NCBI GenBank assembly: GCA_037439585.1
Contig: JBBIVU010000001.1
Span: forward strand, 1 to 49,871
Origin: Roseateles sp.
Lineage (GTDB): Bacteria; Pseudomonadota; Gammaproteobacteria; Burkholderiales; Burkholderiaceae_C
DNA length: 49,871 bases
Direction of reading: 5' to 3'
Positions 1 through 10,407 of the stretch are shown piece by piece (position 1 is the stretch's first letter; each line of letters opens with the position of its first letter). The notes beneath the pieces were generated by a model. That model was not told where the DNA came from. It ran no database searches and saw only the letters and a list, made by a program, of their open reading frames with translations. The position numbers were made by a program, and so were the translations under genes.

Positions 1-4
1 GACA

Positions 5-276
5 CCTAGGGCCTGTTCACGCTACGGCAGTAGGCCGCGAAGGCCCGTCGCCAGGGGCCAATCAAGGCGCAGCGCGCGGCCCGCATTGATATGCGGGCAA
101 GCGGTGCAACGCGGAGTGGCCCCTGGCGACGGGCCTTCCCTTCGGGTTGTGGCCAGAAAGCCCGCGCGCGGTGTTGCAAATCCTCGCCGGGTATCAACCC
201 GGCTGCGGTTTGCGCCTTGCTCGCGGACTTTCTGGTCACAACGCGGCCTGCTGCCGTAGCGTGAACAGGCCCTAGG
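5..276. mobile_element. Non-autonomous MITE-like element with 35-bp terminal inverted repeats
   Basis: 5-39 (CCTAGGGCCTGTTCACGCTACGGCAGTAGGCCGCG) is the reverse complement of 242-276 with one mismatch. CTAG at both ends (6-9, 272-275). Nested internal inverted repeats. No transposase ORF. Confidence 0.8.
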
Positions 277-366
277 CGCCGCCGTCACGCCCGACGTCGG
301 CTTGCGTACCGCAGCGCAGCGGCTGCAGCGGGCGGGCCAGGCGTGCGTTGGAGTGACCCCAGCGCT

Positions 367-807
367 TCAACGGCGGCGGATGACGAAGGCTCGCTTGTCG
401 CCGCTGTCGAAGCCGCAGCGCTCGTAGAAAGCCCACACTGCCGGATCCTGGCGGCTGGTGGTGAGGACGACCTTGTAGCAACCCGCCCCCCAGGCCTGCT
501 CGACGGCATGGCGCATGACCGCCTGGCCATGCCCCTGCCCCCGGCAGGCGTCGTGGGTGACGACGTTTTCGATGACACCGTAGCGGCTGCCGCCGCGCGT
601 CAGATTGGGGACGACGGCAAGGTTGCAACTCGCGACGAGCCGGCCGGCCTCGAAGCGACCGAAATGCCTCAGCCCGGGGTGCGTGACCACCTCCCGCGCC
701 ACCTCGGGCGCTGGCGGGGCATCGCCGGGGTTGAGGTGCTGGTAAAGCGCCAGCAGGGCATCGAGGTCGTCGACGCCCAGGTCACGGATGACGCAGCCTC
801 CGGTCAC
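367..807 (-). CDS. GNAT-family N-acetyltransferase
   Basis: IENVVT...RGQGHG acetyl-CoA motif A, CYKVVL and FYERCGF. GTG start 1 bp after the peptidase stop. Confidence 0.88.
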   Translation of the reverse strand: MTGGCVIRDLGVDDLDALLALYQHLNPGDAPPAPEVAREVVTHPGLRHFGRFEAGRLVASCNLAVVPNLTRGGSRYGVIENVVTHDACRGQGHGQAVMRHAVEQAWGAGCYKVVLTTSRQDPAVWAFYERCGFDSGDKRAFVIRRR

Positions 808-808
808 C

Positions 809-2938
809 TCACTGGACTTCCAGCTTCATCGCATGGGCGATGAAGGCGAGGATGTCGCTGCGCTCCTCGATGATCTTGGAGGTGGGCTTGCCGGCGCCAT
901 GGCCGGCGTTGGTTTCGATGCGAATGAGCTTGGGCGCCCCACCGGTATCGGCCGCCTGCAGCGTGGCGGCGTACTTGAAGCTGTGCGCCGGCACCACGCG
1001 GTCGTCGTGGTCACCCGTGGTCACCATCACCGCCGGGTAGTTCACGCCACTCTTCACGTTGTGCAGCGGCGAGTAGGCCAGCAGGGCCTTGAACATCTCG
1101 GGGCTGTCCTTCACCGTGCCGTAGTCGGTGGCCCAGGCCCAGCCGATGGTGAAGTTCTGGTAGCGCAGCATGTCCATCACGCCCACCTGGGGCACGGCGG
1201 CCGCGAACAGGTCCGGGCGCTGGTTGGTGACGGCGCCCACCAGCAGGCCGCCGTTGGAGCCGCCGTTGATGGCCAGCGTGGCGGGGCTGGCCACCTTGTT
1301 CTTCACCAGCCACTCGCCGGCAGCGATGAAGTCATCGAAGACGTTCTGCTTCTTGAGCTTGGTGCCGGCTTCATGCCAGGCCGAGCCGTACTCGCCGCCG
1401 CCGCGGATGGAGGCCAGCACGTACACGCCGCCCATCTTCATCCACGTGGCCGCCGTCACGCCATAGCCGGGAGTGATGGGCACGTCGAACCCGCCGTAGC
1501 CGTACAACAGCGTGGGGTTGCGGCCATCAAGCTTCAGGCCTTTCCTGGCCGCGATGAAGATGGGGAAGCGCGTGCCGTCCCTGCTGGTGACGAACTCACG
1601 GCGGGTCTCGAACTCGTCGGCGTTGAACGCGGTCTTGGGTGCCTTGAAGGGGCTGATCTGGCCGGTCTTGATGTCGTAGCGGTGGATCTCGGTCGGGTTG
1701 GTGAGGCTGGTGTAGCTGAAGAAGGTTTCGTTGTCGCCCCAACGGCCGCCGAAGCCGCTGGCCGTGCCCACGCCGGGCAGCTTGACGTCGCTCAGCGGCT
1801 TGCCGTCGGCGGCATGCACGCGCACCAGGGTGGCCGCATCGTGCAGGTAGCTCAGCAGGAAGCGCCCCCCCACGGCAGAGGCGCCAGTCATGGCGTCCGG
1901 CCCCTCGGCCACCAGCGTCTTCCAGCCGGCAGGCGCGGGAGATTTCAGGTCGATGGCAATGAGCTTGCCCCGCGGCGCCCCCTTGTCCGTCTTGACGATG
2001 AGCTTGCCAGCCGTGACAGCCACGGGGGCGTACTGGGCGTCAAAGTCCAGCGTGATGGGCTGGGGCTTGCCACCCGCGAACGCCCCCTTGGGCAGCGGGA
2101 GCACCATCAGGCCGTTCTTGCTGCCGGCGCTCTTCCAGACGCTGATGAGCAGCAGCCGGCCGTCGTCGGACACCTCGGTGCCGAAGCCCCACTCCTTGTC
2201 GTCGCGGTTCTCGGCCACCAGCACGTCGGCGCTCTGGGGCGTGCCCAGGCGGTGGTAGTACAGCTTCTGGAAGTAGTTGGCGCCCTTGAGCGCGTCGCCT
2301 TCCTTGGGCGCGTCGTAGCGGGCGTAGAAGAAGCCCTTGCCGTCGGCCGTCCAGGCCGCGCTGCTGAACTTGACCCATTCGATGGTGTCGGCAAGGTCCT
2401 GGCCGGTGGCGAGGTCGCGCACCTTCCAGGTCTGCCAGTCGGAGCCGGCGCCGGCCACACCGTAGGCCAGCAGCCTGCCGTCGCGCGAGGGCACGAAGCC
2501 GCTCAGGGCCACGGTGCCATCCTTGCTCATGGTGTTGGGGTCCAGCGCGACCTGCGGCGCGTCTTTCAGCGACTTGGCCGTGTAGAGCACGTTCTGCTGC
2601 TGCAAGCCGTCGTTGCGCGTCCAGAAGTAGCGGCCGCCTTCACGGAAAGGGATGCCGAAGCGCTCGAAGTTGTAGAGCTCGGTATAGATGCGCCGGGCTG
2701 GCAGGCGCTGGGGCATGGCAGCCAGGAACTTGTCGGTGACTTCGTTCTGCTGGATGACCCAGGCCTTGGTGTCGGCGCTGTTGTCGTCTTCCAGCCAACG
2801 GTACGGGTCGGCCACGGAGGTGCCATGGTAGGCGTCGGTCTGGTCGACCTTGCGGGTGGCGGGGTAGCTGAGCCCTTGCGCCTGGGCGCTTGTGGCGACG
2901 ACAACGGCAACGGTCAGGGCTGACAGAAAGAGCTTCAT
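809..2938 (-). CDS. Exported prolyl oligopeptidase (S9A)
   Basis: Signal peptide MKLFLSALTVAVVVATSAQA; DPYRWLED; GGSNGG (catalytic Ser), DHDDRV (Asp), AGHGAGK (His). Start moved from 3382 to ATG 2938. Confidence 0.95.
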   Translation of the reverse strand: MKLFLSALTVAVVVATSAQAQGLSYPATRKVDQTDAYHGTSVADPYRWLEDDNSADTKAWVIQQNEVTDKFLAAMPQRLPARRIYTELYNFERFGIPFREGGRYFWTRNDGLQQQNVLYTAKSLKDAPQVALDPNTMSKDGTVALSGFVPSRDGRLLAYGVAGAGSDWQTWKVRDLATGQDLADTIEWVKFSSAAWTADGKGFFYARYDAPKEGDALKGANYFQKLYYHRLGTPQSADVLVAENRDDKEWGFGTEVSDDGRLLLISVWKSAGSKNGLMVLPLPKGAFAGGKPQPITLDFDAQYAPVAVTAGKLIVKTDKGAPRGKLIAIDLKSPAPAGWKTLVAEGPDAMTGASAVGGRFLLSYLHDAATLVRVHAADGKPLSDVKLPGVGTASGFGGRWGDNETFFSYTSLTNPTEIHRYDIKTGQISPFKAPKTAFNADEFETRREFVTSRDGTRFPIFIAARKGLKLDGRNPTLLYGYGGFDVPITPGYGVTAATWMKMGGVYVLASIRGGGEYGSAWHEAGTKLKKQNVFDDFIAAGEWLVKNKVASPATLAINGGSNGGLLVGAVTNQRPDLFAAAVPQVGVMDMLRYQNFTIGWAWATDYGTVKDSPEMFKALLAYSPLHNVKSGVNYPAVMVTTGDHDDRVVPAHSFKYAATLQAADTGGAPKLIRIETNAGHGAGKPTSKIIEERSDILAFIAHAMKLEVQ

Positions 2939-3200
2939 CGGGCGATGTCCGTGGTTGAGCAAGAGCTGCCATTCTCTTCGCGACATCTGCAGGGGCCGAT
3001 GGTCACGCAGGGTTTTACCCAACCTCACTCTGGTCAGCGTCTTCGATCCCGCCTCCCCTGGGACGAATCGCCCAAAGGCCCACCAGGACCTTGCTGCATC
3101 AACCCGAGGTGGTGGCGAGCACGGGTGCTGAATCAGAGCGTCCCGAGGCATCAGGGCCGCAGCCCCGCAAGCAGCCGACGGCCTCGGTGTGCCGACTCCG

Positions 3201-4280
3201 TCAGCCCATGTTCCCGCGCGCGAAGCGCAGGATAGCCTGCGGCACGGCGGGAAGCGGCAGTGCGGCCTGCGCGGCGCCCAGGCGAACGGCCTCCTTGGGC
3301 ATGCCGTGCACGATGCAGGTGCTCTCATGTTCTGCGATGGTTTCGGCCTGGGCCTGCCGCATCTCCAGCAGACCGCGTGCACCGTCGTCGCCCATGCCGG
3401 TGAGGATGATGCCGAGCGCGTTGCAGCCTGCTGCCTTCGCGACCGAGCGGAAGAGCACGTCCACGCTGGGGCAGTGCCGGTTCACAGGCGGGCCCAGGGT
3501 CACGTCGACGAAGTACTGAGCGCCGCTGCGGCGAAGCGCCATGTGGCGGCGCCCCGGCGCGATCAGCGCGTCACCCGGCAGTACGCGTTCCCCGTGTACG
3601 GCCTCGCGCACATTCAGGGCACAGAGCTTGTCCAGCCGCTCGGCGAAGGCCGCCGTGAACTTCTCGGGCATGTGCTGCACGATGAGGATGCCTGGCAACG
3701 TCTTGGGAAGCCCGCGTAGGATGAACTCCAGCGCCTGCGTGCCCCCGGTGGAGGTGCCGATGGCGACCACCTGGTCCGTCATGCGGTGATGCACGCCGAG
3801 GTGCGCCGGCGCGAGGGTGGGCGCGGCCTCTGGCAGCCGGGTGGCCGCATGCAGCGACGTGCGGCGCACATTGGCCCGCGCGGCGGCACGAACCGCCTGC
3901 ACCAGTTCGCCGCCCAGTTGCACCAGCGATCGACTAACGTCCACTCTCGGCTTGCAGATCACGTCAACGGCGCCAGCCGCCAGCGCTTCCATCGTGAGGC
4001 GCGCGCCGGATTCGGTCAGTGAGGAGCAGATGACCACCGGCGTCGGCCGCATCGCCATGAGCTGGCGGAGGAAGGTGAGGCCGTCCATGCGTGGCATCTC
4101 GATGTCGAGCACGACCACGTCGGGCCAGTGCTTGCGCATCTTCTCCAGGGCGAAGAGCGGATCGGCGGCCGTGGCGAGGAGCTCGATGCCCGCAGCGGCG
4201 CGCAGCAGGTCGCCCAGCACCTTGCGCACGGTGGCGGAGTCGTCCACCACCATGACCTGCACAGGCCCGCCCGTGCTCAC
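3201..4280 (-). CDS. cheB: Chemotaxis REC-methylesterase CheB
   Basis: REC domain (VVDDS, LDIEMP) plus GTSTGG, QHMP and GMGDDG. GTG start at 4280 overlaps the cheD stop (GTGA). Confidence 0.95.
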   Translation of the reverse strand: MSTGGPVQVMVVDDSATVRKVLGDLLRAAAGIELLATAADPLFALEKMRKHWPDVVVLDIEMPRMDGLTFLRQLMAMRPTPVVICSSLTESGARLTMEALAAGAVDVICKPRVDVSRSLVQLGGELVQAVRAAARANVRRTSLHAATRLPEAAPTLAPAHLGVHHRMTDQVVAIGTSTGGTQALEFILRGLPKTLPGILIVQHMPEKFTAAFAERLDKLCALNVREAVHGERVLPGDALIAPGRRHMALRRSGAQYFVDVTLGPPVNRHCPSVDVLFRSVAKAAGCNALGIILTGMGDDGARGLLEMRQAQAETIAEHESTCIVHGMPKEAVRLGAAQAALPLPAVPQAILRFARGNMG

Positions 4281-4801
4281 CGGCCCGCTCCAGGTTGCGG
4301 CGGTGTGGCGACGTGGCGCAGCCAGACGGCCCCGCCGTCCAACTCGAAAATGAGCTGTCGGTGCCCGTCGCCACCCAGGTGCTGTGCGACGACGAGCAGG
4401 CCGTGGGCCGTGGCGAGCTCCAGGGCCTGTTCCACGTTGCGCTCGTGTACCGCGTCGCAGGGCCCCGCCGCGCACTGGCGGCAGCCGTACATGCGTCCGC
4501 CACCGAAGAGCTTGAACTCGCACTGATCGGGTGGGCAGCCCGCCTGCAGGCCGGCCTGCAGCAGCAGCTGCAGCGCCTCGTCGCCATAGCGGCCGTCCAG
4601 ACCCGAGCCCGGCGGCCGGCGCCCGTCGGGGCGTGTGGGCAGCATGTAGTGACACAGCCCCCCCTGCTGGCGTGCGGGATGCCACATCGTGATCGCCACG
4701 CACGAGCCGAGCAAGGTGCTCAGGATGGCCGGCGCACCGCCGAAACGCACCTCGCCCGGCCGCACGGGGTCGGCCAGTGCTTCACGCCGCGACAGGCTCA
4801 T
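4277..4801 (-). CDS. cheD: Chemoreceptor glutamine deamidase CheD
   Basis: [28 protein letters not shown] and LGG..HR motifs; lies between cheR and cheB. Start could be 4807. Confidence 0.9.
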   Translation of the reverse strand: MSLSRREALADPVRPGEVRFGGAPAILSTLLGSCVAITMWHPARQQGGLCHYMLPTRPDGRRPPGSGLDGRYGDEALQLLLQAGLQAGCPPDQCEFKLFGGGRMYGCRQCAAGPCDAVHERNVEQALELATAHGLLVVAQHLGGDGHRQLIFELDGGAVWLRHVATPPQPGAGR

Positions 4802-5648
4802 GGGCACTGCGCTGATAGACCGAGGGCTGACGCCCGATCAGGCCGGCGTCCAGGCCGTTGAGGCTCTCCGAATGGCCCACGAGCAACCAGCCGCCCGGCC
4901 GCAGCTTGCCAACCAAGTGGCTCACCACCTTGCGCTTGGTGGCCTCATTGAAATAGATCATCACGTTGCGCAGCAGGATGAGGTCGAAATCGCCACCGAA
5001 GCCCGGCGGTGGTTCGACGAGATTGAACCCCTCGAAGCGCACTCGCCGCATCAACTCGGGGGCGATCTGGAAGCGGCCGGCCTGCGAACCGGTGCCGCGC
5101 AGGCAGTAGCTGTGGAGCAGCGGCTTCGGGATTTCCTGCGCCAGCTCCAGGTCGTAGAGCCCTTGCCGCGCACGGGCCAGCACGCGGGTGCAGATGTCGG
5201 TGCCCAGCACCTCCCAGCTGCCGTCACCCAGCGCCTCGGCCATCACCATGGCCAGGGTGTAGACCTCCTGCCCGGTGGAGCAGGCGGCGCTCCATGCGCG
5301 CACGGGTCGCTGGGGCGAGCGCTGCAGCAGGGCCGGCAGGGCTGTGCGGGTCAGGAAGTCGAAGTGCTTGGGCTCCCGGAAGAAGTGGGTTTCGTTCGTG
5401 GTGAGCAGGTCCAGCGCCTGCTGATGCTCGGCGCGATCGGACAGCAGCCGCGCGAGGTAGTCGTCATAGCTGCGGCAGCCGAGAGCCTGCACGCGGCGCG
5501 CCAGGCGCCCGGCGACCAGGGCCTTCTTGGACGAATTCAGCGCAATGCCGGCGACGCCGTTCAGCCAGTCGCGGATGCGTTCGAACTCGCGGTCACCAAG
5601 CGTTGGCGCCGCGCCGGCCGTGGGCAGCGCTCGGGGCAGGCTGTTCAC
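4782..5648 (-). CDS. cheR: Chemotaxis methyltransferase CheR
   Basis: LTTNETHFFRE, WSAACSTGQE.Y, RNVMIYF and GHSESL motifs. Confidence 0.95.
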   Translation of the reverse strand: MNSLPRALPTAGAAPTLGDREFERIRDWLNGVAGIALNSSKKALVAGRLARRVQALGCRSYDDYLARLLSDRAEHQQALDLLTTNETHFFREPKHFDFLTRTALPALLQRSPQRPVRAWSAACSTGQEVYTLAMVMAEALGDGSWEVLGTDICTRVLARARQGLYDLELAQEIPKPLLHSYCLRGTGSQAGRFQIAPELMRRVRFEGFNLVEPPPGFGGDFDLILLRNVMIYFNEATKRKVVSHLVGKLRPGGWLLVGHSESLNGLDAGLIGRQPSVYQRSAHEPVAA

Positions 5649-6220
5649 ACCACGGCCTCGCCGGCGGGCCGTGTCTGCGTGGCCTCGCGCAGCGCGAGCA
5701 GGTCCTCCACGGACAGCGTCTTCTCGACATCCAGCACCACCACGAAGCGCCCCTTGACCTTGGCCATGCCGGTGAGGAAGTCGGGCCGGACGACGGTGCC
5801 GAAGCTCGGCGGCGGTTCGATGGCACTGGCCTCGATGTCGAGCACCGCGTTGACCGCGTCCACCATGACGCCCATCACGCGGGCGTCATCGGCACCCCTT
5901 GTGAGCTCGACGATGACGATGCAGGTGCGCCGGCCGACCACGGTGGCCGGCTTGCCGAAGCGGCGGGCCATGTCGATCACCGGCACGACGGCTCCGCGCA
6001 GGTTGATCACGCCGCGCATGTAGTCGGGCATCATCGGCACGGACGTGAGCTGCCCGAACTCGATGATCTCCTTGACCCGCTCGATGGGCATGGCGTAGAT
6101 CTCGCCCGCGAGCGTGAAGCTGAGGAACTTGGCGGTGCCGGAACGGGCGCCAGGGCGTGCTGACAAGGCGTGCGAGGCAGGGGCCGGCGCGCCTGCCGGC
6201 GCCAGGGCTGTGCTGTGCAT
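5645..6220 (-). CDS. cheW: Chemotaxis coupling protein CheW
   Basis: FLSF.L..E.Y, VKEII, GVINLRGAVVPVID and G..VDAV. ATG 6220 has GGAG upstream. Confidence 0.93.
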   Translation of the reverse strand: MHSTALAPAGAPAPASHALSARPGARSGTAKFLSFTLAGEIYAMPIERVKEIIEFGQLTSVPMMPDYMRGVINLRGAVVPVIDMARRFGKPATVVGRRTCIVIVELTRGADDARVMGVMVDAVNAVLDIEASAIEPPPSFGTVVRPDFLTGMAKVKGRFVVVLDVEKTLSVEDLLALREATQTRPAGEAVV

Positions 6221-6230
6221 GGGCGGCTCC

Positions 6231-7868
6231 TCAGAAGCGCACGAACTCGCCTTGCGAGGCCGGCAGCGGCGCCAGCGGCCGGCGGCCGGCAACGCCCGCT
6301 GACGACTGAGCGACACGGGCCACCATGCGCTGGGCGGCCACGATGGGCGACCCGGTCTCCACGCCGTCGGGCAGCTTGAAGAAGCCCATCAGCCGCTGCA
6401 GTTGCTCGGCCTGCGAGCTCATTTCCTCGGCCGTGGCGGCGAGTTCCTCGCTGGCGGAAGCGCTTTGTTGTGTGGTTTGGTTGAGCTGGGTGACGGCGGC
6501 ATTGATCTGGCCCATGCCGGTGTTCTGCTCGTCGCTGGCCGCCGCGATCTCCTTGACGAGATCCGACGTCTTGCGGATGGCCGGGACGATGTCCTCCAGC
6601 AGCTTGCCGGCCCGCTCGGCCTGGCTGACCGAGCTGCCCGCCAGCTTGCCGATCTCCTGGGCGGCCTCCTGGCTGCGCTCGGCGAGCTTGCGCACTTCGT
6701 CGGCCACCACGGCAAAGCCCTTGCCATGCTCGCCGGCGCGTGCGGCTTCGATGGCGGCGTTGAGCGCCAACAGGTTGGTCTGGTAGGCGATGTCGTCGAT
6801 GATGCCGATCTTGTCCGCAATGCTCTTCATCGCGGCGACCGTGAGGCGGACCGCTTCGCCGCCGTCGCCGGCATCGCGGGCCGACTGCTCGGCCATGCCG
6901 TCGGTCACGCGGGCGTTCTCCGAGTTCTGCTGGATGGAAGCGCTGGCCTGCTCGATGGTGGCCGACATCTCTTCCACGCCGGCCGCCTGCTCCGTCGCGC
7001 CCTGCGACAGTGACTGCGCCGTGGACGACACCTGTTCAGAGGCACTGGACAGGCTGTCCGACGCGCTGCGCACCTCACCGATGACCTGCCCGAGGCGATC
7101 CACCATGACCTTCATGGCACTCAGCATCTGGGCCACTTCGTCGCGGCCCTTGATGTGGATTTCGACGCCCAGGTCGCCTTGCGCCAGGCGCTCCGCAACG
7201 CGGGCTGCCTGGGCCACCGGGGTAGTGACGCTGCGCGTCACGAGAAAGCCCACGGCGGCTGCCACCAGAGTGGTCACGGCTGCGAGGATGATCAGCGTGC
7301 GGGTGATTTCCTTCATCATCTCCCCAGCAGCATCGCCGGCCTTGTTGACTATTTCGGCCTGGAAGTCGATGAATTTGCTGGTGGCATCAATGTAGGTCTC
7401 CTGCTGCTTCATCGCTGTTCCGGTGAGTAGGGCCACGGCCTGCTCGTGCTTGGCCGGGTCGCGCACGAGACGCAAGAAGTTGGCCTGGCTTTCGATGTAC
7501 TGGAGCCGTGCTTCTTTGATGCCGGCCAGTAGGAGCTTGCCCCTCTCGAGGTTGACGACCTTGTCCAGAGTCTCCAGCCGCCCCTTGATTTCATTCCTGG
7601 CCTTGAGGATCCGGTCCTCCTCTGCCTTTCGGAAATCGGGTTCGTTCACGAGCGCCATGTTCCGCATGGCGCGGCCGATCACATTGATGTTGTTGACGAT
7701 CTCCTGGCCCATGATCACCTTGGGAAATCGGTCGCCGGTGATGTTCTGCAGTGACGCGTTGATCTGCTCGAACTTGGACAGTGTCAAGCCAACCACCAGC
7801 AGCAGGCCGCCGATCACCAGCGCAAAGCCGGCACCCAGCCGGGTACCGATACGAAAGTTGTTCACCAT
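6231..7868 (-). CDS. Methyl-accepting chemotaxis protein (TM, periplasmic helical sensor, TM, HAMP, signalling domain)
   Basis: Two TM segments; [37 protein letters not shown] hairpin; C-terminal EFVRF pentapeptide. Confidence 0.96.
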   Translation of the reverse strand: MVNNFRIGTRLGAGFALVIGGLLLVVGLTLSKFEQINASLQNITGDRFPKVIMGQEIVNNINVIGRAMRNMALVNEPDFRKAEEDRILKARNEIKGRLETLDKVVNLERGKLLLAGIKEARLQYIESQANFLRLVRDPAKHEQAVALLTGTAMKQQETYIDATSKFIDFQAEIVNKAGDAAGEMMKEITRTLIILAAVTTLVAAAVGFLVTRSVTTPVAQAARVAERLAQGDLGVEIHIKGRDEVAQMLSAMKVMVDRLGQVIGEVRSASDSLSSASEQVSSTAQSLSQGATEQAAGVEEMSATIEQASASIQQNSENARVTDGMAEQSARDAGDGGEAVRLTVAAMKSIADKIGIIDDIAYQTNLLALNAAIEAARAGEHGKGFAVVADEVRKLAERSQEAAQEIGKLAGSSVSQAERAGKLLEDIVPAIRKTSDLVKEIAAASDEQNTGMGQINAAVTQLNQTTQQSASASEELAATAEEMSSQAEQLQRLMGFFKLPDGVETGSPIVAAQRMVARVAQSSAGVAGRRPLAPLPASQGEFVRF

Positions 7869-7886
7869 GGTTGTACTCCCTGGGAT

Positions 7887-10073
7887 TCAAAGGCAAGGCA
7901 CGGATGTGCGGGCGTTGTCGACCCCCGCACCGGGCAGGCGGCCAGCGGCCGCCTGGTGGATGAGACTGGCCACGTCGAGCATCAGCGCGACCTCGCCGGT
8001 ACCGAGGATGGTCGAGCCCGAAAGCCCGGGCAGGCCCGCCATCAGCGGACCAAGCGGCTTGACCACGGCCTGGATTTCGCCCTTGAGCTGATCGACGACG
8101 AGGCCGGCGCGGCCGGCGATGGAATCGACGACGACCACGTTCTGGCGCCGGGCGCTGGCCGTCATGACGCCGAAGCACGGCCCCACCGGGATGAGGGGCA
8201 GCACCTCGCCGCGCAGGTCGAGGTAGCCGCCAGCTCCGGCGGGCAGCCGCACGCACTCCAGCACCGAGGCCAGCGGCACCACGTAATGGGCCTGCCCGAC
8301 GGCGAGCAGGAAGCCGTCGATGATGGCCAGCGTCAGCGGCAGGCGGATGCGGAACCGCGTGCCCTGGCCCGGCGTGCTGTGGATCTCGATGCTGCCCCGC
8401 AGCGCCTCGACCGCGCGCTTGACCACATCCATGCCGACGCCGCGGCCCGACAGGTTGCTCACCTGGGCGGCGGTCGAGAAGCCCGGCTCGAAGATGAGCG
8501 CCCAGACCTGTTCGTCGCTCAGGTCGGTGCCTTCCATCAGCAGGCCGCGTTCGACTGCCTTGGCCAGGATGCGATCGCGGTGCAGGCCCGCGCCATCGTC
8601 GCTGATCTCGATGAGGATGCTGCCTGCCAGGTGCGAGGCCTTGAGCGTGAGCTGGCCGGCGGCAGGCTTGCCGGCGGACAGCCGCATCGCCGGGGATTCG
8701 ATGCCGTGGTCGACCGCATTGCGAATCATGTGAGTGAGCGGGTCGGCGAGGCGGTCAACCAGCGTCTTGTCGAGTTCGGTCTCGCCACCCTCGATGCTCA
8801 GCCGGATGTCCTTGCCCAACTCGTCGGCCACATCCCGCACCACCCGCCGGAAGCGGCCGAACATGTCGCCGATCTCGACCAGCCGCAGCCGCATCGCGCC
8901 ATCGCGGACGTCCTCCGTCAACCGGGAGAGCTTGGACATGGCCTCCTTCAAGGCGCGGTCCTGGTTGCGCGCGGCCAGCGCCCCGACCGAGGCGCTGGCG
9001 ATGATCAGCTCCGCCACGCGGTCGATCAGGCCGTCGAGCTTGTCGGCATGGATGCGCACCAGCTTGGCCTCAACCCCCTGGCGCTGCCGCTGCTCCTGCT
9101 GGTGCTTGATGGCGCCTTCCACCACTTCGGCGGGCACGGTGTGCTCTTCCACCAGGATGCGCCCGAGGGGCGGGGGCGCTTCGCCCGATCGCTGCTGGGC
9201 GGCCAGGGCCAGCTCCAGCTCGGCGGCCGTCAGCGCACCGCAGGCCACCAGGATCTCGCCCAGGCGGGCGCGGTCATCGGGAACTTGCTCGATCAGCCGA
9301 AGGTAGTCATCCACCCGACTGTCGGGCGGCAGGATGTGCAGCTCGCAATCACCCAGCACGAAATCGAACACGGCCTCGATCTCCGCCTTGCTGGCGGCGC
9401 TTTGCAGGCGCAGCTCGAAGCCCAGGTGGCAGGTTTCGGGGTCGAGGTCCGGCAGCCGGGGCAGCCGGTCGGCCAGGGTGACGATGTGCACCACGCGGCC
9501 CACGGTGCGCAGGTGGCGGATGAAGGAGGCCGGGTCGAAGCCGTCGCGCAGCACGCCCGGGCCGAAACGGATGGACAGATGCCACAGGTCGCTGCCGCCG
9601 ATCCTCTCGGAGGCGCCCGCCTCGGCCTTCAGCACGTCGGGCGCCGCAGCCAGCGCGGGCAGCGGCGCCTTGGTGCTGCCGGCCCCGTGGAGCAGGTCAA
9701 TGATCTCCGCCCCCTGCTGCAGGAGGCGCTCCTCATGGGCTTGCCTTGCCTCCACGTCGTCGATCAGCCGAGCGATCTGATCGCCAGCGCGCATCAGCAA
9801 TGCCACCTGGATGCCGTCCAGCGTAGCGGCCCCTTCGCGCACCGACGACAGCAGCGTCTCCAGCTCGTGCGTGAAGGCGATCACCGCTTCCAGCCCGAAG
9901 AGGCCGGCCGACCCCTTGATCGTGTGCGCCGCCCGGAAGACGGCATGCACGGCCTCGGTATCGGACAGGTTGGCGTCCAGCCGCATCAGGCCGACTTCCA
10001 TGTCCTCCAGCAGCTGCCGGCATTCCGCGATGAAGGTGTCCAGCGCTTCGTCCATCTCGGTGTTCGCAGCCAT
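7887..10073 (-). CDS. cheA: Chemotaxis histidine kinase CheA with internal tandem MshEN-like motif
   Basis: Hpt FRAAHTIKGSAG; HMIRNAVDHGIE; DDGAG; GFSTA..VSNLSGRGVGMDVV; LPLTLAI; C-terminal CheW-like domain. Confidence 0.97.
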   Translation of the reverse strand: MAANTEMDEALDTFIAECRQLLEDMEVGLMRLDANLSDTEAVHAVFRAAHTIKGSAGLFGLEAVIAFTHELETLLSSVREGAATLDGIQVALLMRAGDQIARLIDDVEARQAHEERLLQQGAEIIDLLHGAGSTKAPLPALAAAPDVLKAEAGASERIGGSDLWHLSIRFGPGVLRDGFDPASFIRHLRTVGRVVHIVTLADRLPRLPDLDPETCHLGFELRLQSAASKAEIEAVFDFVLGDCELHILPPDSRVDDYLRLIEQVPDDRARLGEILVACGALTAAELELALAAQQRSGEAPPPLGRILVEEHTVPAEVVEGAIKHQQEQRQRQGVEAKLVRIHADKLDGLIDRVAELIIASASVGALAARNQDRALKEAMSKLSRLTEDVRDGAMRLRLVEIGDMFGRFRRVVRDVADELGKDIRLSIEGGETELDKTLVDRLADPLTHMIRNAVDHGIESPAMRLSAGKPAAGQLTLKASHLAGSILIEISDDGAGLHRDRILAKAVERGLLMEGTDLSDEQVWALIFEPGFSTAAQVSNLSGRGVGMDVVKRAVEALRGSIEIHSTPGQGTRFRIRLPLTLAIIDGFLLAVGQAHYVVPLASVLECVRLPAGAGGYLDLRGEVLPLIPVGPCFGVMTASARRQNVVVVDSIAGRAGLVVDQLKGEIQAVVKPLGPLMAGLPGLSGSTILGTGEVALMLDVASLIHQAAAGRLPGAGVDNARTSVPCL

Positions 10074-10402
10074 CAGCAGGCTCCCGTTCCGCTCGCGACG
10101 ATGAGCGGGTCGCCCATCCAGGAGGCCAGGTCGTAGAGCTCGATCAGCTCCAGCACCGGCGGGCTGTGGTTGGCGAACTGAAGGTGCTGGCCGCCCGCCC
10201 GGGCAAAGCTCTTCGCAGCCATCAGCACCTGCAGTGCGGCACTGTCGAACTCGGTGATGCCGGAGAGGTCCACTTCAAGGTCGGGCTGCCCCTGCAGGGC
10301 CTGCAGCAGCGCGGCCTTGAGCTCCCCGGCAGCGTAGACCGTGCACTCGCCCGCCAGACGAAGGCGGCCGCCCTCGGGCGCATGGATGGTGTCCATGGTC
10401 AT
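10073..10402 (-). CDS. Stand-alone STAS-domain protein
   Basis: VDLSGITEFDSAALQVL STAS motif; between cheY and cheA. Start could be 10396. Confidence 0.88.
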   Translation of the reverse strand: MTMDTIHAPEGGRLRLAGECTVYAAGELKAALLQALQGQPDLEVDLSGITEFDSAALQVLMAAKSFARAGGQHLQFANHSPPVLELIELYDLASWMGDPLIVASGTGAC

Positions 10403-10407
10403 CCTCC

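Noticed and set aside
6-288. Small ORFs at 6-239 and 22-288
   Set aside because: They lie within the inverted-repeat element and show no transposase or other motifs.
788-2923. Long antisense ORFs (also 7956-10136, 22069-24759, 25934-27664, 30687-32774)
   Set aside because: Shadow frames of well-supported opposite-strand genes in high-GC DNA, with no recognisable motifs.
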